A stretch of DNA of 64,000 nucleotides from Dendrobates tinctorius (taxonomy: Eukaryota), in the NCBI RefSeq assembly GCF_039654945.1, contig NW_027361825.1, forward strand, positions 21,204,001 through 21,268,000, written 5' to 3'. This document shows, piece after piece, positions 14,060 to 27,536 of the stretch (positions within the stretch are counted from its first letter, which is position 1; every line of letters begins with the position of its first letter). A program made the position numbers and the translations under genes. A model generated the notes under the pieces. It saw only the letters and a program-made list of their open reading frames with translations. It was not told the origin of the DNA and did no database searches.

Positions 14060-14832
14060 AGAATTTTTTTTAACCATTGTAGAGGTGTGAAACCGCAGGT
14101 CTTTTTGACCTGAGAATTACCTGCGGATTTTTCCAAATCTGCAGCACCTAAAACTACGTGTGCACATAGCCTTAGGGTGTGTGCACACGCTGCGGATTCT
14201 GCAGCAGTTTTTGCTGCGGTGTACAGTACCATTATTCCCTATGGCAATACAAAACCGCTGTGCAGACGGTGAGGATTTTTCCGCGCGTTTTTTCTGCGGT
14301 TTTGAAACCGCAGAAAGAACTGAAATGTCAATTCTTTCTGCGGATTCCGCTGCGGTTTGCCATCTCCTCCATTGAGGAGATGAAAAACTGCAGGGCAAAA
14401 CCGCAGAGCAATCTGAAGGTAAAACCGCAGGTCTTTTAACATGCAGATTTACCTGCGGATTTTACAAAATCCACGCGGCCAAATCCGCAGCGTGTGCACA
14501 TACCCTAGTTTTTTGTCTCTGCGGATTTTGTAGAGAAAACCGCAGGAAATCCGCAGGACAAAGTGCTGCGGTTTATCTGCGGTTTATCTGCGGTTTTGCC
14601 CTGCGGTTTTCACCTCATAATGGATGAGGTGTAAAACTGCAGCGTTTCTGCACCAAACAATTGACATGCTGCGTTTTGAAAACCGCAGCAAAACCGCGCG
14701 GAAAAAAACGCAGCATGTGCACAGCTTTTTTTTATTTCCATAGGAAATAAAGGTACTGTACAACGCAGCAGAATCTGCTGCGTTTCTGCAGAGCCAAAAA
14801 CGCTGCGGAAACCGCAAAGTGTGCACATACCC
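14060..14832. mobile_element. Cluster of Harbinger-type MITEs (same CCGCAG-rich family)
   Basis: Full copy 14175-14505 (GGGTGTGTGCACACG...CGTGTGCACATACCC) plus partial copies ending 14171 and 14832 with TTA flanks. Confidence 0.75.
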
Positions 14833-15949
14833 TTAGTCCTAGTCCTCTGCACTGGTTTGAATCAATCTACCTAGATTTTGCAGCTGCGATCACTAATTAC
14901 AGGAAGCTTGATCCCTACCCAGATTCTCAGGCCTCACTCCTAGCAGAGGGCTGTGAGGGAAGATGTCACATCGAGGGGGAGAACCGCCATTCTTCTATGG
15001 ACCTCGGTTCAGGATGCCGTGGTGCTGGTGTACTGGTGAGGTGGAGACTAGAATGGCATCACCAAAAGGCAGCCTCCTCCTGCTTTTCAGTTGACTTCTT
15101 AAATTAATAATGTTTTGATTATTAGAGAAAGTGGAATATTTTATATCTGACCCAAAACTGCAGATTATTGACTCCTCCCAACATTGCCAATCTATTAGGC
15201 TCCATGCAGCACCTGCAAGACTGGGGTTGGGGGAGAAGAGCTGCAGTTTTTAACGAGACTTTTTAAATAAGGGATATCTTAAATTAAGAAACTGTTATAC
15301 CGGTATTTTTATAAACCTTTATTTATCTTATACATTGGTGCGCTGGAAGCTTAACCTCCCCCCAGTCTATTAGCATATGCCAAATATTTGTGAGTGTGTG
15401 ATTTTCCAATATTTTTGCAAAACTAAAACATTTCAGAAAAGACACAGCAAAAAAAATGCTGCGCTTTCTCAAATTGTAAAAAAAAAAAAAAGTCAGCACT
15501 TTAAGTTGCCAAAAAGCAACTTAAAAAATGGTGCAAAACACATACACTAAAGCACAAACAGTACAACCAAAAAAAGGCAAATTGCTGTAGAAAAGTGAAG
15601 AATAAACCATGACCAGTAGGCTATCATAGTGTCACGAAATTTGGTCACAAATGCTGACAGACTCCATTTAAAAGGCGCTCCAGTTTTGTTAGAGGGAGCT
15701 CAAAGGTGGGGAATCCTTCAGGCTACGGAGGAGATTCCTCGTCCTGCAAAGTCTGTGGGAAAACGGTCATACATTTAATGGTCTACACCAAAACTGGTAT
15801 CAGCATTTTGTGATCAAGGATTACTTTTCAATTTTTTTGCAATTCATCTGATTACTCTTCATAACTATCTAGAGTTAATGCCAATTGCCGCTATAAAACT
15901 GAAGCAGCAAACTGTTTGAAAACCAAAATTTGTCAAAATGAGAACTTTT

Positions 15950-18405
15950 GGCCACGACTGTTCTGCTAGATGCGACACTCACACTCTCCAACTCTGCGCT
16001 ACCCTCGATATCCTCTCTCCACGACGTAGGCGGTGCCGCTGTTTTCTACAATGCTACACTCACATCTGCTATTGACTCCTCGCCCTTCTTGTCCACGGCG
16101 GAGTGTGAACAATCAGACATCCCGGGCACACCAACCTCACTAAAAAGCAGGTGTCCAGGCTTGCAGAGCAGCACTGGAAGAAAACTGTCACAGGTAGAAT
16201 TCACCACATTCAAACAAGCAACTTTCACATTCAAGTCAGCCCTATCCTCTGCTAAACAGGCTTACTTGACAACCCTTGTATCCTCCTTATCCCACAACCC
16301 CAAGTAGTTATTCACCACTTTCAAATCCTACCACTGCCCCCTGCAACCCACTCATCTCTGACGAAAACATTGCTGTACACTTCAACAAGATTAACCAAAT
16401 CAGGCAAGTCTTTACTACTCAACCACCCCAAGCACTATGCATAAAAGACCATTGCCTTCCCCCACCATCACTGAAGGAGATCTTACTCATCTCCTCTCCA
16501 AATCACACCTCACCACCTGTGCACTTGACCCCATCCCACCTCCTCCCCAATCTCATCACCACGCTTATCCCAGCCCTAACCCATCTCTTCAACTTATCAC
16601 TACCTTCTGGTACCTTCCATTCTGCTTTTAAACATGCCACAATTACACCATTGCTGAAGAAGACAACCCTCGACCCGACCTCTACATCCAACTATTGACC
16701 CGTATCACTTATCCTGTTCGCTACAAATCTCCTTAAAAAGCACATTCACACCATACTTTACTTCCACCTCTTATCTAACCTACTCTTTGAAAACCTTCAA
16801 TCTGGCTTCTGCCCCACCAGTCCACTGAAACTGACTCATACTACAGATCCTTTCTTCCATCGGTATTGCAGACCTTGCCCTCTTCTGGATCTCCTCATAC
16901 CTCTCCAACCACACATTTCTTCATCCTACTCTTCTCTCTATCTGAGTTCCTCAAGGCTCTGTCTTTGGACCCCTACTCTTCTCCATCTACATCTTTGGCC
17001 TGGGACAACTCATGAAGTTCCATGACTTCAAGTGCCATCTATATGCTGATGACACTCAGATCTACCTATCTGCTGTCCAGAATCCCAGAGTACTGCTCCT
17101 CTCGCTTCCTAAAGCTCAACAAAGACAAAACTGAGCTAATCATCTTTCCTCCATCTCGCGCATCTTCCCTACCTGATCTGTCAATCACAATAAATGACAC
17201 CATGCTTTCCCCTGTACTGGAAATCAGCTGCCTCGGAGTAACTCTTGACTCTGACCTGTCCTTCAAACCATACATCCAATCCCTTGCCGCCACCTGTCGA
17301 CATTTCCAGAATTCGACTACTGCAATATCCAACTCTATGGCCTTCCTGCTAACACACTCACCCCTCTTCAGTCTGTCCTTAAAGGGAATCTGTCACCCCT
17401 TTTTTGAGATATCATATATTGATATCATTCAATTGTGTGTCACATAAGGATTCTCTTAGTACCTTTGTTTCCCCTGACCCCGCACCTTTCATGCATAAAT
17501 ACCTTGTTTATATCGGTTCAGATGTATGTAAACTGTCGCTGTCCGGTCCGCTGGGCGGGGCTTATTCAACTGCTACCCCCCTCCCTGTCTTGCTCTACGC
17601 ATTTCTTCTTGTGTAGAGCAAGACAGGGAGGGGGGAGCAGTTGAATAAGCCCCGCCCAGCGGACCGGACAGCGGCAGTTTACATACATCTGAACCGATAT
17701 AAACAAGGTATTTATGCATGAAAGGTGCGGGGTCAGGGGGGAGCAAAAGTACTAAGAGAATCCTTATGTGACACACAATTGAATGATATCATTATATGAT
17801 ATCTCAAAAAAGGGGAGACAGATTCCCTTTAACTCTGTTGCCCGACTAATACACCTCTGTCCTTGCTATCCTTCCTCTTATCACCTCTGCAAATCCCTTC
17901 ATTGGCTCCCAATTCCCCAACATTTCCACTTCAAGCTACAAACACTGACCTACAAAGCCATCCATCTGTCTCCCCTGTACATCTCTGAACTAATCTCCCA
18001 CCATGTACTCTCCTTTCCTCCAAAGACGTCCTTCTCTCCTCCACACTCATACGTTCCTGATCCAGTTGCCTGCAAGACTACTTCAGAGTATCCCCCATCC
18101 TCTGGCATTCTGGGCCCCAACACCTCAGATTATCTTCTATACTCGAAGCTTTCAAGCGGAATTTGAAAACCCATCTCTTCAGAATAGTCTACAACCTTCA
18201 ATGACCATGCTGCTGCCTCACCAACACCAGAGTGACAGAGACCCTCAAACCTACTGTCTCCTTTCCCATTATGCTGTAGAATAATGGGTAGGGTCCTCTT
18301 CCCTTTGTACTTGTCTGTCATTATTAGTTTAATTATAATTTCTATTTGTCATTGTATGTTCCCCTTCTCATCTACTTCACCATGCAATCAATGGTGCTAT
18401 AAAAA
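15950..18405 (+). mobile_element. Degenerate L2/CR1-clade LINE, ORF2 (RT) fragment and 3' end
   Basis: Fragmented peptides such as [67 protein letters not shown] and LHWLPI; many frameshifts. Confidence 0.88.
17383..17828. mobile_element. T2/Kolobok-type MITE, near-perfect 446-bp palindrome, inserted in the L2
   Basis: TTAA|AGGGAATCTGTC...GACAGATTCCCT|TTAA; arms are reverse complements around ~17605. Confidence 0.9.
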
Positions 18406-18409
18406 CGAA

Positions 18410-19200
18410 TATATAGATGAGAAGACTGATGTACTGCCGGATGGGGCTGTGCATAGAGGGACTGTATATAGATGAGGAGTAATATACTGCTAGATGTATA
18501 TAGACAGGATTGAATCAGTGATGTACTGCCAGATGGGGCTGTGCATACAGGGACTGTATATAGATGAGTAATATAACAGGGAATTTATACAGAGGCGATA
18601 AATGAGTGATGTACTGCCAGATGGGTCTGTGTATAGAGTGACTGTGTATAAATGAGGAGTAATATATCACAGGATGTGTATAGAGGGGATTAAATGAGTG
18701 ATGTATTGCAGGATATCACTGTGTATAGAGTGATTATATACAGATGAGTATACTTTAGAATGTATATAGAGGGGATTAAATTAGTGATGTACTGTCAGAT
18801 GGGGCTGTATATAGAGTAGTAGTATACTGCATGATGTATATAGAGGAGATTAAATGAGTGATATACTGCAGGATGTATATAGAGGGAATTAAATGTGACA
18901 CACTGCAGGATGGGAATGTGTATAGTGGCCGAATGCAGTGAAATACTTCAGGACAGAGCTGTTTATAGAAGGTCTGACAGTACTTATACACTACAGAATG
19001 GAACGGAGAGGAGGGCTGTATACACATGACAGAATTTATGTACAGCAGGATTGTGCTGTAAATAATGGAGGTAGAGAAGAATATACTGTAGGATGGGACT
19101 GCAGCATGGTATATGGAGAAGCTAAGAGGTGGTATGCACTGCAGGATTAGGCTGTAAATAGAGGGGCTGAAAGGAGTGATGTACTGCAGGAGGGTGAGGT
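18410..19200. repeat. Degenerate ~90-bp tandem repeat
   Basis: GTGATGTACTGCCAGATGGGGCTGTG-like motif recurs near 18429, 18520, 18608, 18699 and 18786, decaying rightwards. Confidence 0.7.
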
Positions 19201-19212
19201 CATGAAAGGAGG

Positions 19213-19244
<32 letters not shown>

Positions 19245-19970
19245 GTAACCTGCAATTGTATATTGCCGGGGGTTTAAAGTTGGGAAGTGATGTTGTTTAA
19301 ATGGGACTGTATGTTGGAGGGATGTAAGGGATAGGACTGTTTTTGGAAGGGTGTGAAGGGATAGGATTGATGGGGACTGTATGTTGGAATGGTGTGAAGG
19401 GAAAGGATGGATGTTTACATAGGACTGTATTTTGATTTTATTTATAAGGGACTGCATACTGAAGGGGGCTGAAAGGTGGGGAATGATGTTTTCCGATGGG
19501 ACTCTACAATTGGGGGGAAGGAAGGTAGGTTTCTCCTCCTCCTTTTCATCTATGGAACTGTTCATCGGTTTCAGTCCTGCACTTCTCATCTTTACCACCA
19601 CCGACATCTTTGCCAGTCCAGGTCACAGTCCTGAGATAAAAGCCTGATAAGTCCAGTGTAGGTCTGAACAAGGTTCTATCACCCACCCGGGAACTGCGGA
19701 CAGCCCATGTAGCGCCCGCCATGTGATCACTGGGGCTAAGGTCTCTACAAGATCAACTTTGGGTTTGGCAGAGACCCAACTCTGAGCAGTGTGACATGTA
19801 ACTCCCAAATATCATGGTAGCTTTTATGCAGCTGATTTATGTAATATTTCCTCTGTCTTGTAGGCTACGCTCACTTTCCAATGAGGCATGGCTTCTTCCC
19901 AGCACTACCGCCAACTTGGCTTCTGGTACCTTACTTGCCGACACCTCCGCCACAACGTGTGGAATTTTTC

Positions 19971-22900
19971 ATGGACCTAGAGCCTTTCCCGGAGGAGATC
20001 CTTCTCTTGATCCTCAGCTTCGTACCAGCGCAGGACCTGGTCCTCCGCTGTAGACTCGTGAGCCGGCGCTGGAAACATCTTGTGGACTCGCCCTCCGTGT
20101 GGAGGATAAAATGTGAGCGAGAACATAAAAAAGAGATTCTCCTTATGGCTGAAAAGTGTCGTTCCTTTGCCTGGCCGAAAGTTTACGTAATGAGTCCGTT
20201 TTCAAGGAACCTGCTGCGAAATCCCTTTGGCGCAGGTGAGGCTGTAAGACTTGGCCATCTCCTTGTATCGAACTGTATTGACCCTTTCCCATTGTCATCT
20301 TCCAAAAGTCATAATTTTATTTTACTTTATTATTTAACAGAATGAGCTGCCAACGATTGGCAAAATTTAAATATATTGTGGATTGATTGATGGGCTTGTT
20401 CACACTTGACACGATTTGGAACGATCGCTCCGTGTAAAAATCCCTAGAGATTGTGTGATGCCAAAAACAGTCACCCAAATAATGGAAACTATTGAAACCC
20501 TCCTCATGGCTAGTAGAAAACATCACGGCATCAGTTTAGGGGTTGGTTGGCGTTTAAGTTGCAGTGCGCATGCACTGGTTTGCGCATGCTCCTTCTCCAA
20601 CCCCTAGACCACCTCTTTTTTATAAATCTGATTTTCCATTTCCTGCCAGAAATATTGTCTCACTGGAACATTATACATGGAGCACTTGGATGGGGGGTGG
20701 AGACCAACCTTTCGGTTTTAGAAGGTGCGGAACAACAAATCTGCTTTGTCACCTCGTTCATGTGAGTAATCCAGTCTGCCTTCTGTCAGTTCTCTAACTA
20801 AAGGACCGTAGAATCAAGACTTCATAAAGATGCCTGATCCCAATCACAGGCCTCTGTTTATGCCAGCCATTAAATCATCGGCAGCAGATGGCCTCCATAT
20901 TGTTTGCAGCATTAGGCAAAAAGTGCATTTTTCCCCCATAGTTTTGTACCGGCCCCTTGTGAAAAGATCATATAAGTAGACAGTCTCGGTTTATTTGCAG
21001 TAGTCGGAGCGTCATAGTGCACGTTAACCATTTATCTCTCTCTACAGGTGGTGCAAGAAGTTTCAGATTATAGACCTGTTACAGGAAGGCCTATCTGAGC
21101 ATTTACTGGACGTGCACCAGCCCAGCATCTGCATATCTGACTGGTGGGTCATTATATTCACTTTACACAAAGTCTTAAGAAGTTATTAACTACTTGACGG
21201 CATCCTCCGTACGTGTTCTCAAGGTTTATGCATTACTCACATGGACCGGGCACTGGAGCTTAGCCCACTCCATATAGCGCAGCTGGCAGCCATGTTGTAC
21301 AGCTGGCACCAAAGTGTATCTGATGTGATGGCAGCCGGCTCCGACTGCAGACGTTTCACCTCTTAAATGATGCTCTCTTGCATGACAGCAGAACTTAAAA
21401 AAAAAAAAAAAAAAAGTTTCATCGCCAGAATCTTCAATTTTGACAGCCATCAGCCCCCTGCACAACAAGATCGTGGGATGCTGATGGATTGTCACCGGCG
21501 GGCCTGATGAAGCCCTCTAGTTCTGGCATGTTAGAACTCCTAGGAATGGTGACCTGTGGATTATTTTACCAATACACTTCAATCCTACAGATCGCAGGTT
21601 CAAATCCTCCAAGGCGAATCATTAAAAATGTAAAAAAATGTAAAAAAAAATCCAAACGCCAGAATTGAAAACTAATCCCTCCAAAAAAGTAAAAAATGTT
21701 TTAATGTAATTTTTATATTTGGTTTAATTTATAATTTATATGTAACTTTATATTTTATTTGTAGTTTATTTATAATATACTTAAATATATATATTCTTTA
21801 TACCACTTTTTTTTTTTTTTATTGAAAGAAAAAATAAACTTTACAAGTTTGGTATCGCCACAGTGATGGGGGAAATAACGAAGTAAATCTTTTATCCGCG
21901 GCTAGGTTCTGACACTTTAGATCCCTAATATATATACACTGAAATGTGTCTAAGTGTAAATCCACCCTAGAAAACACGACTGCTGACGCCCAGATCCTTT
22001 CCTGCAGGTACGCCGGACGACATAATTGTGGATGTGTCTACAAAATAAAAGTGCAACTCTTGGCGGCAAATAAGCAAACTATACTAAAGGAGTTTTCTAT
22101 GGCCCCCGAACCCATCCCCCAGTGGAACGACACACGCTATCGCCAGGTGGGATATAGTCAGATCATAAATAGCAGGGGTGGGCAATTAATTTTCCTGAGG
22201 GGCCACATGAAAGACCGTGACTGTTGTGGAGGGCAGAACCAATAAGCCACAATGAATTCTGCTCAATATTAATATCGATGTTATAATTATTATATTGTTG
22301 ACAATTTTATTAATATTGTATCATAATTGTATATTAAGCAGAATTAATTATGCTGACATCCCCCTATATATCGTAAGAGCCCCCTAACAACCCCTTATAT
22401 GCGGCATGAGCCCCACACAGCCTTCCTATATACTGCATGAGCCCCACACAGCCTCCCTACATATACTGCATGAGCCCCACACGGCCTCCCTACATATACT
22501 GCATGAGCCCCACACGGCCTCCCTACATATACTGCATGAGCCCCACACGGCCTCCCTACATATACTGCATGAGCCCCACACGGCCTCCCTACATATACTG
22601 CATGAGCCCCACACGGCCTCCCTACATATACTGCATGAGCCCCACACGGCCTCCCTACATATACTGCATGAGCCCCACACGGCCTCCCTACATATACTGC
22701 ATGAGCCCCACACGGCCTCCCTACATATACTGCATGAGCCCCACACGGCCTCCCTATACACTGGATGGGCCCCACACGGCCTCCCTACATATACTGCATG
22801 AGCCCCACACGGCCTCCCTACATATACTGCATGAGCCCCACACGGCCTCCCTACATATACTGCATGAGCCCCACACGGCCTCCCTACATATACTGCATGA

Positions 22901-24378
22901 GCCCCACACGGCCTCCCTACATATACTGCATGTGCCCCACACGGCCTCCCTATACACTGGATGGGCCCCACACGGCCTCCCTACATACACTGCATGAGCC
23001 CCACACGGCCTCCCTACATACACTGCATGAGCCCCACACGGCCTCCCTACATATACTGCATCAGCCCCACACGGCCTCCCTACATATACTGCATGAGCCC
23101 CACACGGCCTCCCTACATATACTGCATGAGCCCCACACGGCCTCCCTACATATACTGCATGAGCCCCACACGGCCTCCCTACATATACTGCATGAGCCCC
23201 ACACGGCCTCCCTACATATACTGCATGAGCCCCACACGGCCTCCCTACATATACTGCATGAGCCCCACACGGCCTCCCTACATATACTGCATGAGCCCCA
23301 CACGGCCTCCCTACATATACTGCATGAGCCCCACACGGCCTCCCTACATATACTGCATGAGCCCCACACGGCCTCCCTACATATACTGCATGAGCCCCAC
23401 ACGGCCTCCCTACATATACTGCATGAGCCCCACACGGCCTCCCTACATATACTGCATGAGCCCCACACGGCCTCCCTACATATACTGCATGAGCCCCACA
23501 CGGCCTCCCTACATATACTGCATGAGCCCCACACGGCCTCCCTACATATACTGCATGAGCCCCACACGGCCTCCCTACATATACTGCATGAGCCCCACAC
23601 GGCCTCCCTACATATACTGCATGAGCCCCACACGGCCTCCCTACATATATCCCCGTCACGTGCGCAGCGCCATGTCGGCCACACACAGCCTCCCCATGCC
23701 CACCCAAATAGCCTATACACATAAGGGGAAAAAAAAAAACATACTCGCCTCGTCTCGTTCCCCGGCGCTCTGCTTCTCTCCCTGCCTCCGGTGCGCGGAC
23801 TCTCCGGTGAAAACAGCTGATGACTAAATGACGTCATTTCATCGCGTCAGCTGTTTCACATGCTGATTGGTGGAGGAAGTGGCCGGAGGCCCCTCCTACA
23901 CCAAAGTATTCAGCAGAGCCACGGCTTTCATGGAAACAGCAAGCGGCCGGGCAGACATCGTGCAGCCCTTGGACCTCTGATTTCCAGCCCCATGGCTGTC
24001 TCTTTGCCCAGGTCTGATATATAGTGACTACCCATTGGAATCACTAAGCCAGACCCCCATCACTGATAATGGACAAAGAGAAGGGGACGACTGGATTAGC
24101 TATTCTGAGTTCGTCAGCCAGCCCCCTTCTCTGTAGACCTCAATGCTGGGTCATTCTCTATGGGCGACTTCATTACTTGTATGTTTACTAATATCCGGTC
24201 ACTTGTGATACTTTCTCTTCAGGTTTCCTATGAATTCCGCAAGTATGGTCCCGGTGTCCGATACGTGAAGTTTTGTCACAAAGGTAAAGACACTAAATCC
24301 TGGAATGGATGGTACGGAGCTCGGATCACAAACTCATCCGTCACTGTGAGGTGTCACAGCCTCGAGCCCTGTACATGA
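19971..24378 (+). CDS. F-box/FBA-domain lectin-type SCF substrate receptor (FBXO17/FBXO27-like), ~255 aa
   Basis: Exons 19971-20235, 20650-20761, 21048-21143, 22008-22146 and 24223-24378, all GT-AG with consistent phases (768 nt). F-box LEPFPEEILLLILSFVPAQDLVLRCRLVSRRWKHLVD; FBA motifs RNLLRNP, CFVTSF-WCKKFQIIDL, YGPGVRYVKF and WYGARITNSSV. Start uncertain: in-frame ATG at 19881 and an acceptor before 19864. AATAAA at 24524. Confidence 0.92.
22400..23650. repeat. 33-bp minisatellite (~38 units) in the last F-box gene intron, inside a hAT-like non-autonomous element starting ~22173
   Basis: Unit ATATACTGCATGAGCCCCACACGGCCTCCCTAC, highly homogeneous, with occasional 31-bp variants; upstream terminus CAGGGGTGGGCAA. 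Confidence 0.95.
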
Positions 24379-26080
24379 GCCCCGAAGGGTCATCTGGAGC
24401 CGGATGATGTCTGTTTTTATAACCCTGCCAATATTTTACACAATTACATATATACTGTATGTGTACAGATACTAAGGCTGTTTTTAAATTAGATAATTTT
24501 ACATTTCTGTACAAAACGTTTTAAATAAAGCAAATTTTACTTAGAAAGCCCAAAGCTCAAGTCTACGAGGTCCCAAAACTGTCTACAAGCTCTGAAATAT
24601 TACTGTACAGAGTGACCACAACCAGCAGGACTGTGAATGCTGCTCTGGAGTATAATACAGGTTGTAACTCAGGATCAGTACAGGATAAGTAATGAACAGT
24701 TGTGCTCAAAAGTTTACATACCCCGGCAGAATTTTTGCTTGTTTTTTTTCCCAGAGAATATGAATAACACCAAATCGTTTTCTCCACTCATGGTTAGTGG
24801 TTGAGTGAAGCCATTTATTGTAAAACTACTGTTTTCTCTTTTTAAAGCATCCAATTGACCCTGATAAAATGTTCACACCCCATTTTTTAATACCGTGTAT
24901 TGCCCCCTCTAACATAAATGACAGCTTGAAGTCTTTTGTGGTAGTTGTGGATGAGTTCTTTTTTTCTGGTGGTAAAGCTGCCCACTCTTCTTGGCAAAAA
25001 AAACCCTCCAGTTCCTGTAAATACCTGGGCTGTCTAGCATGAACTGCACGCTTGAGATCTCCCCAGAGTGGCTCAATGATATTGAGGTCAGGAAACTGAG
25101 ATGGCCACTCCAGAACCTTCACTTTGTTCTGCTGTAGCCAATGATAGGTCGACTTGGCCTTGAGTTTTGGATTGTTGTCATTTTGGACCATCCAAGTATG
25201 TCCCATGCGCAACTTCCGAGCTGATGATTGCAAATTTGTCTCCAGTAATTGCTGATAACGTGCTGCATTATTCTTTCCTTCAACTTTGACCAAGCTTCCT
25301 GTGCCTTTGTAGCTCACACATCTACAAAAAATCAGCGATCCGCCTCGGTGCTTTACAGTAGGAATGGTGTTCCTTTCATCATAGGCCTTGTTGACCTCTC
25401 ACCAAATGTAACATTTATGGTTGTGGCCAAAAAGTTCAATTTTGGTCTCCTCACTCCAAATGACCTTGTTCCAGAAGTTTTGATGCTCGTCTGTGCTGTT
25501 TTATGTATTGTAGGCGAGATACTTTGTGGCGTTTGAACAGTAATGGCCGCCTTCTGGCGACTACTATGCAGCCCATCTTTCTTAAAGTGCCTCCTTATTG
25601 TGCATCTTGAAACAGCAACACTGCTAGTTTTCAGAGAGTCTGATATTTCAGCTGATGATGTTTGTGGGTTTTTCTTGGCATGCCAAACAATTTTCCTGGC
25701 AGTTTTGGACAAATTTTTTTTGCTGGTCTACCTGACCTTAGTTTTGTTTTTACAGAGCCCCCAATTTTCCATTTATTAATCACTGTTTGAATGTTGCTGA
25801 CTGGCATCATCAATTCCTTGGATATCTTTTTGTATCCCTTTCCTGTTTTATACAGTTCTTCTAACTTTTCCCATCGATCCATTGACAATTCTTTTGCTTT
25901 CCCCATGACTCACAATCCAAAAACGTCAGTGGCTGGATGAAAGATGCCAAGAGTCTGTCTGGATCCCAGAAACTCACTCAGCTTTTATGCACACACACTG
26001 ATTACAAGCAAACAGGTCACAGGTGAGGATGTTACCTTTAGTAGACATTCAAACCCATTTGTGTCAACTCCTGTGCATGT

Positions 26081-27307
26081 ATTAAAACTGGGAAAAAATG
26101 TGGATGACACCGGCGCTGCTGTACAAATTCTGGTCCACACAATTTAAGGATAAAGATGGTTTATTCAATGAACATGTTTAAAGGTCAAAAGGACTCCTTC
26201 AGGAGTAGCTATAGGTCAGTGGTTTTCAACCAGTGTTCCGCGGCACACTAGTGTGCCGCGACACATGGTCGGGTGTGCCGCGTGTCCGCATGGCTAATTT
26301 ACATGCGATGCAAATTAGCCATGTGGAGGCAAGCAGGGCGGCGGGTCGGAGAGGCAGCAGTCCCGTGTTCCTGTGTCGCTTCCTCCCTGACACCAGTCAG
26401 CGGCGCGGCTGGATGACATCATCATTCAGCCCCGCGGCTGCTGTGCCAGTGAGATGAAGCTGCCGGTGAGGAGAGGTGAGGGGTGTGTGTGTGTCTAGGT
26501 GTCTAGGTGAGAGGTGTGTGTTTGTGTGCGTGTGTAGGTGAGTTGATGGATGTGATGAGAAGCAATGATGGGAGTCATGGAGAAGGCGGTGATGGGGAGA
26601 GGGCAATGGAGAAGGCGGTGATGGGGGTGATAAGAAGGCGGTGGTGGGGAGAGGGCAATGATGGGGTTGTCGAAAGGGCAATAATGGGGTGGTGGGGAGA
26701 AGGAAATGATGGAGGTAGTGGAATGGGCAATTTCTACATGAAGGGGATTATGATGGGGCATATTACTAAAAGAAGGGGATAATGATGGGGCATATTACTA
26801 AAAGAAGGGGATAATGATGGGGCATATTACTAAAAGAAAGGGATAATTATATGGCTCATATACTGCAATATAAAGGGGTACAATGAGAAATACTATGGCC
26901 ATGAGGCTGGAGTACATTTTGGTTGGTGGTGTGCCCCGGGATTTTTTACGTATAAAAAGTGTGCCGCGGCTCAAAAAAGGTTGAAAATCACTGCTATAGG
27001 TCATCTATAGCATCTACTGAAGAAGTCCTATTGGCTTTGAAATGTGTTGAGTGAATGAACCATTATCTTTATCCTTACATTGTGTGGACTGGAATTTGTA
27101 CAGCAGCGTTGGTGTCATCAACAAAATTTTCCAGTTTTAATACTATTACTTGGTCACCGGTTTGACCAGTGGAGCTGCAGCAGCTGTCAACTGAGTTTCT
27201 ATGTGCTGACGTAAAGATACATCAGGTGAGTGCAATCTGATTGTACACTCTTCTTTATCCATCGGCTAAGACCCTATTCGTGCTTTTCTCTCCTACGGTA
27301 TTCCTTG
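26081..27307. mobile_element. Penelope-like fragment with inverted terminal segments
   Basis: 26081-26215 is an inverted copy of 26994-27142. A ~15-bp duplication AACT(C/T)CTGTGCATGT flanks the insert. Degenerate hammerhead-like motif at 27011-27057. Confidence 0.55.
26217..26993. mobile_element. Non-autonomous hAT (Charlie-like) element
   Basis: TIRs CAGTGGTTTTCAACC / GGTTGAAAATCACTG with a perfect 8-bp TSD CTATAGGT (26209-26216, 26994-27001). Confidence 0.92.
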
Positions 27308-27536
27308 TAACTTCTGTGCATGTTATCAGGCCAAAGTCACCATGTTATATGAACTTTTGATCAGGGTCATTTGGATGTTTTGGGTTATCATTATGATTTA
27401 ACAAGACAAAACACAGTAGTTTGACAATAAATGGCTTCACCCAACCACTAACCATGAGTGGAGAAAAAGTTTTGGCGTTATTCATATTCTCTGGGACAAA
27501 AACACCAAGAAAGCAAAAATTCTGCCGGGGTATGTA

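Noticed and set aside
19552-19621. Possible upstream coding exon MELFIGFSPALLIFTTTDIFASP-G, in phase with the acceptor before 19864
   Set aside because: Weak donor (GTCACA) and no recognisable homology; cannot be supported without transcripts.
22395-23837. Long ORFs (up to 322 aa) on both strands
   Set aside because: A 33-bp unit is a multiple of 3 and keeps several frames open; it lies in an intron.
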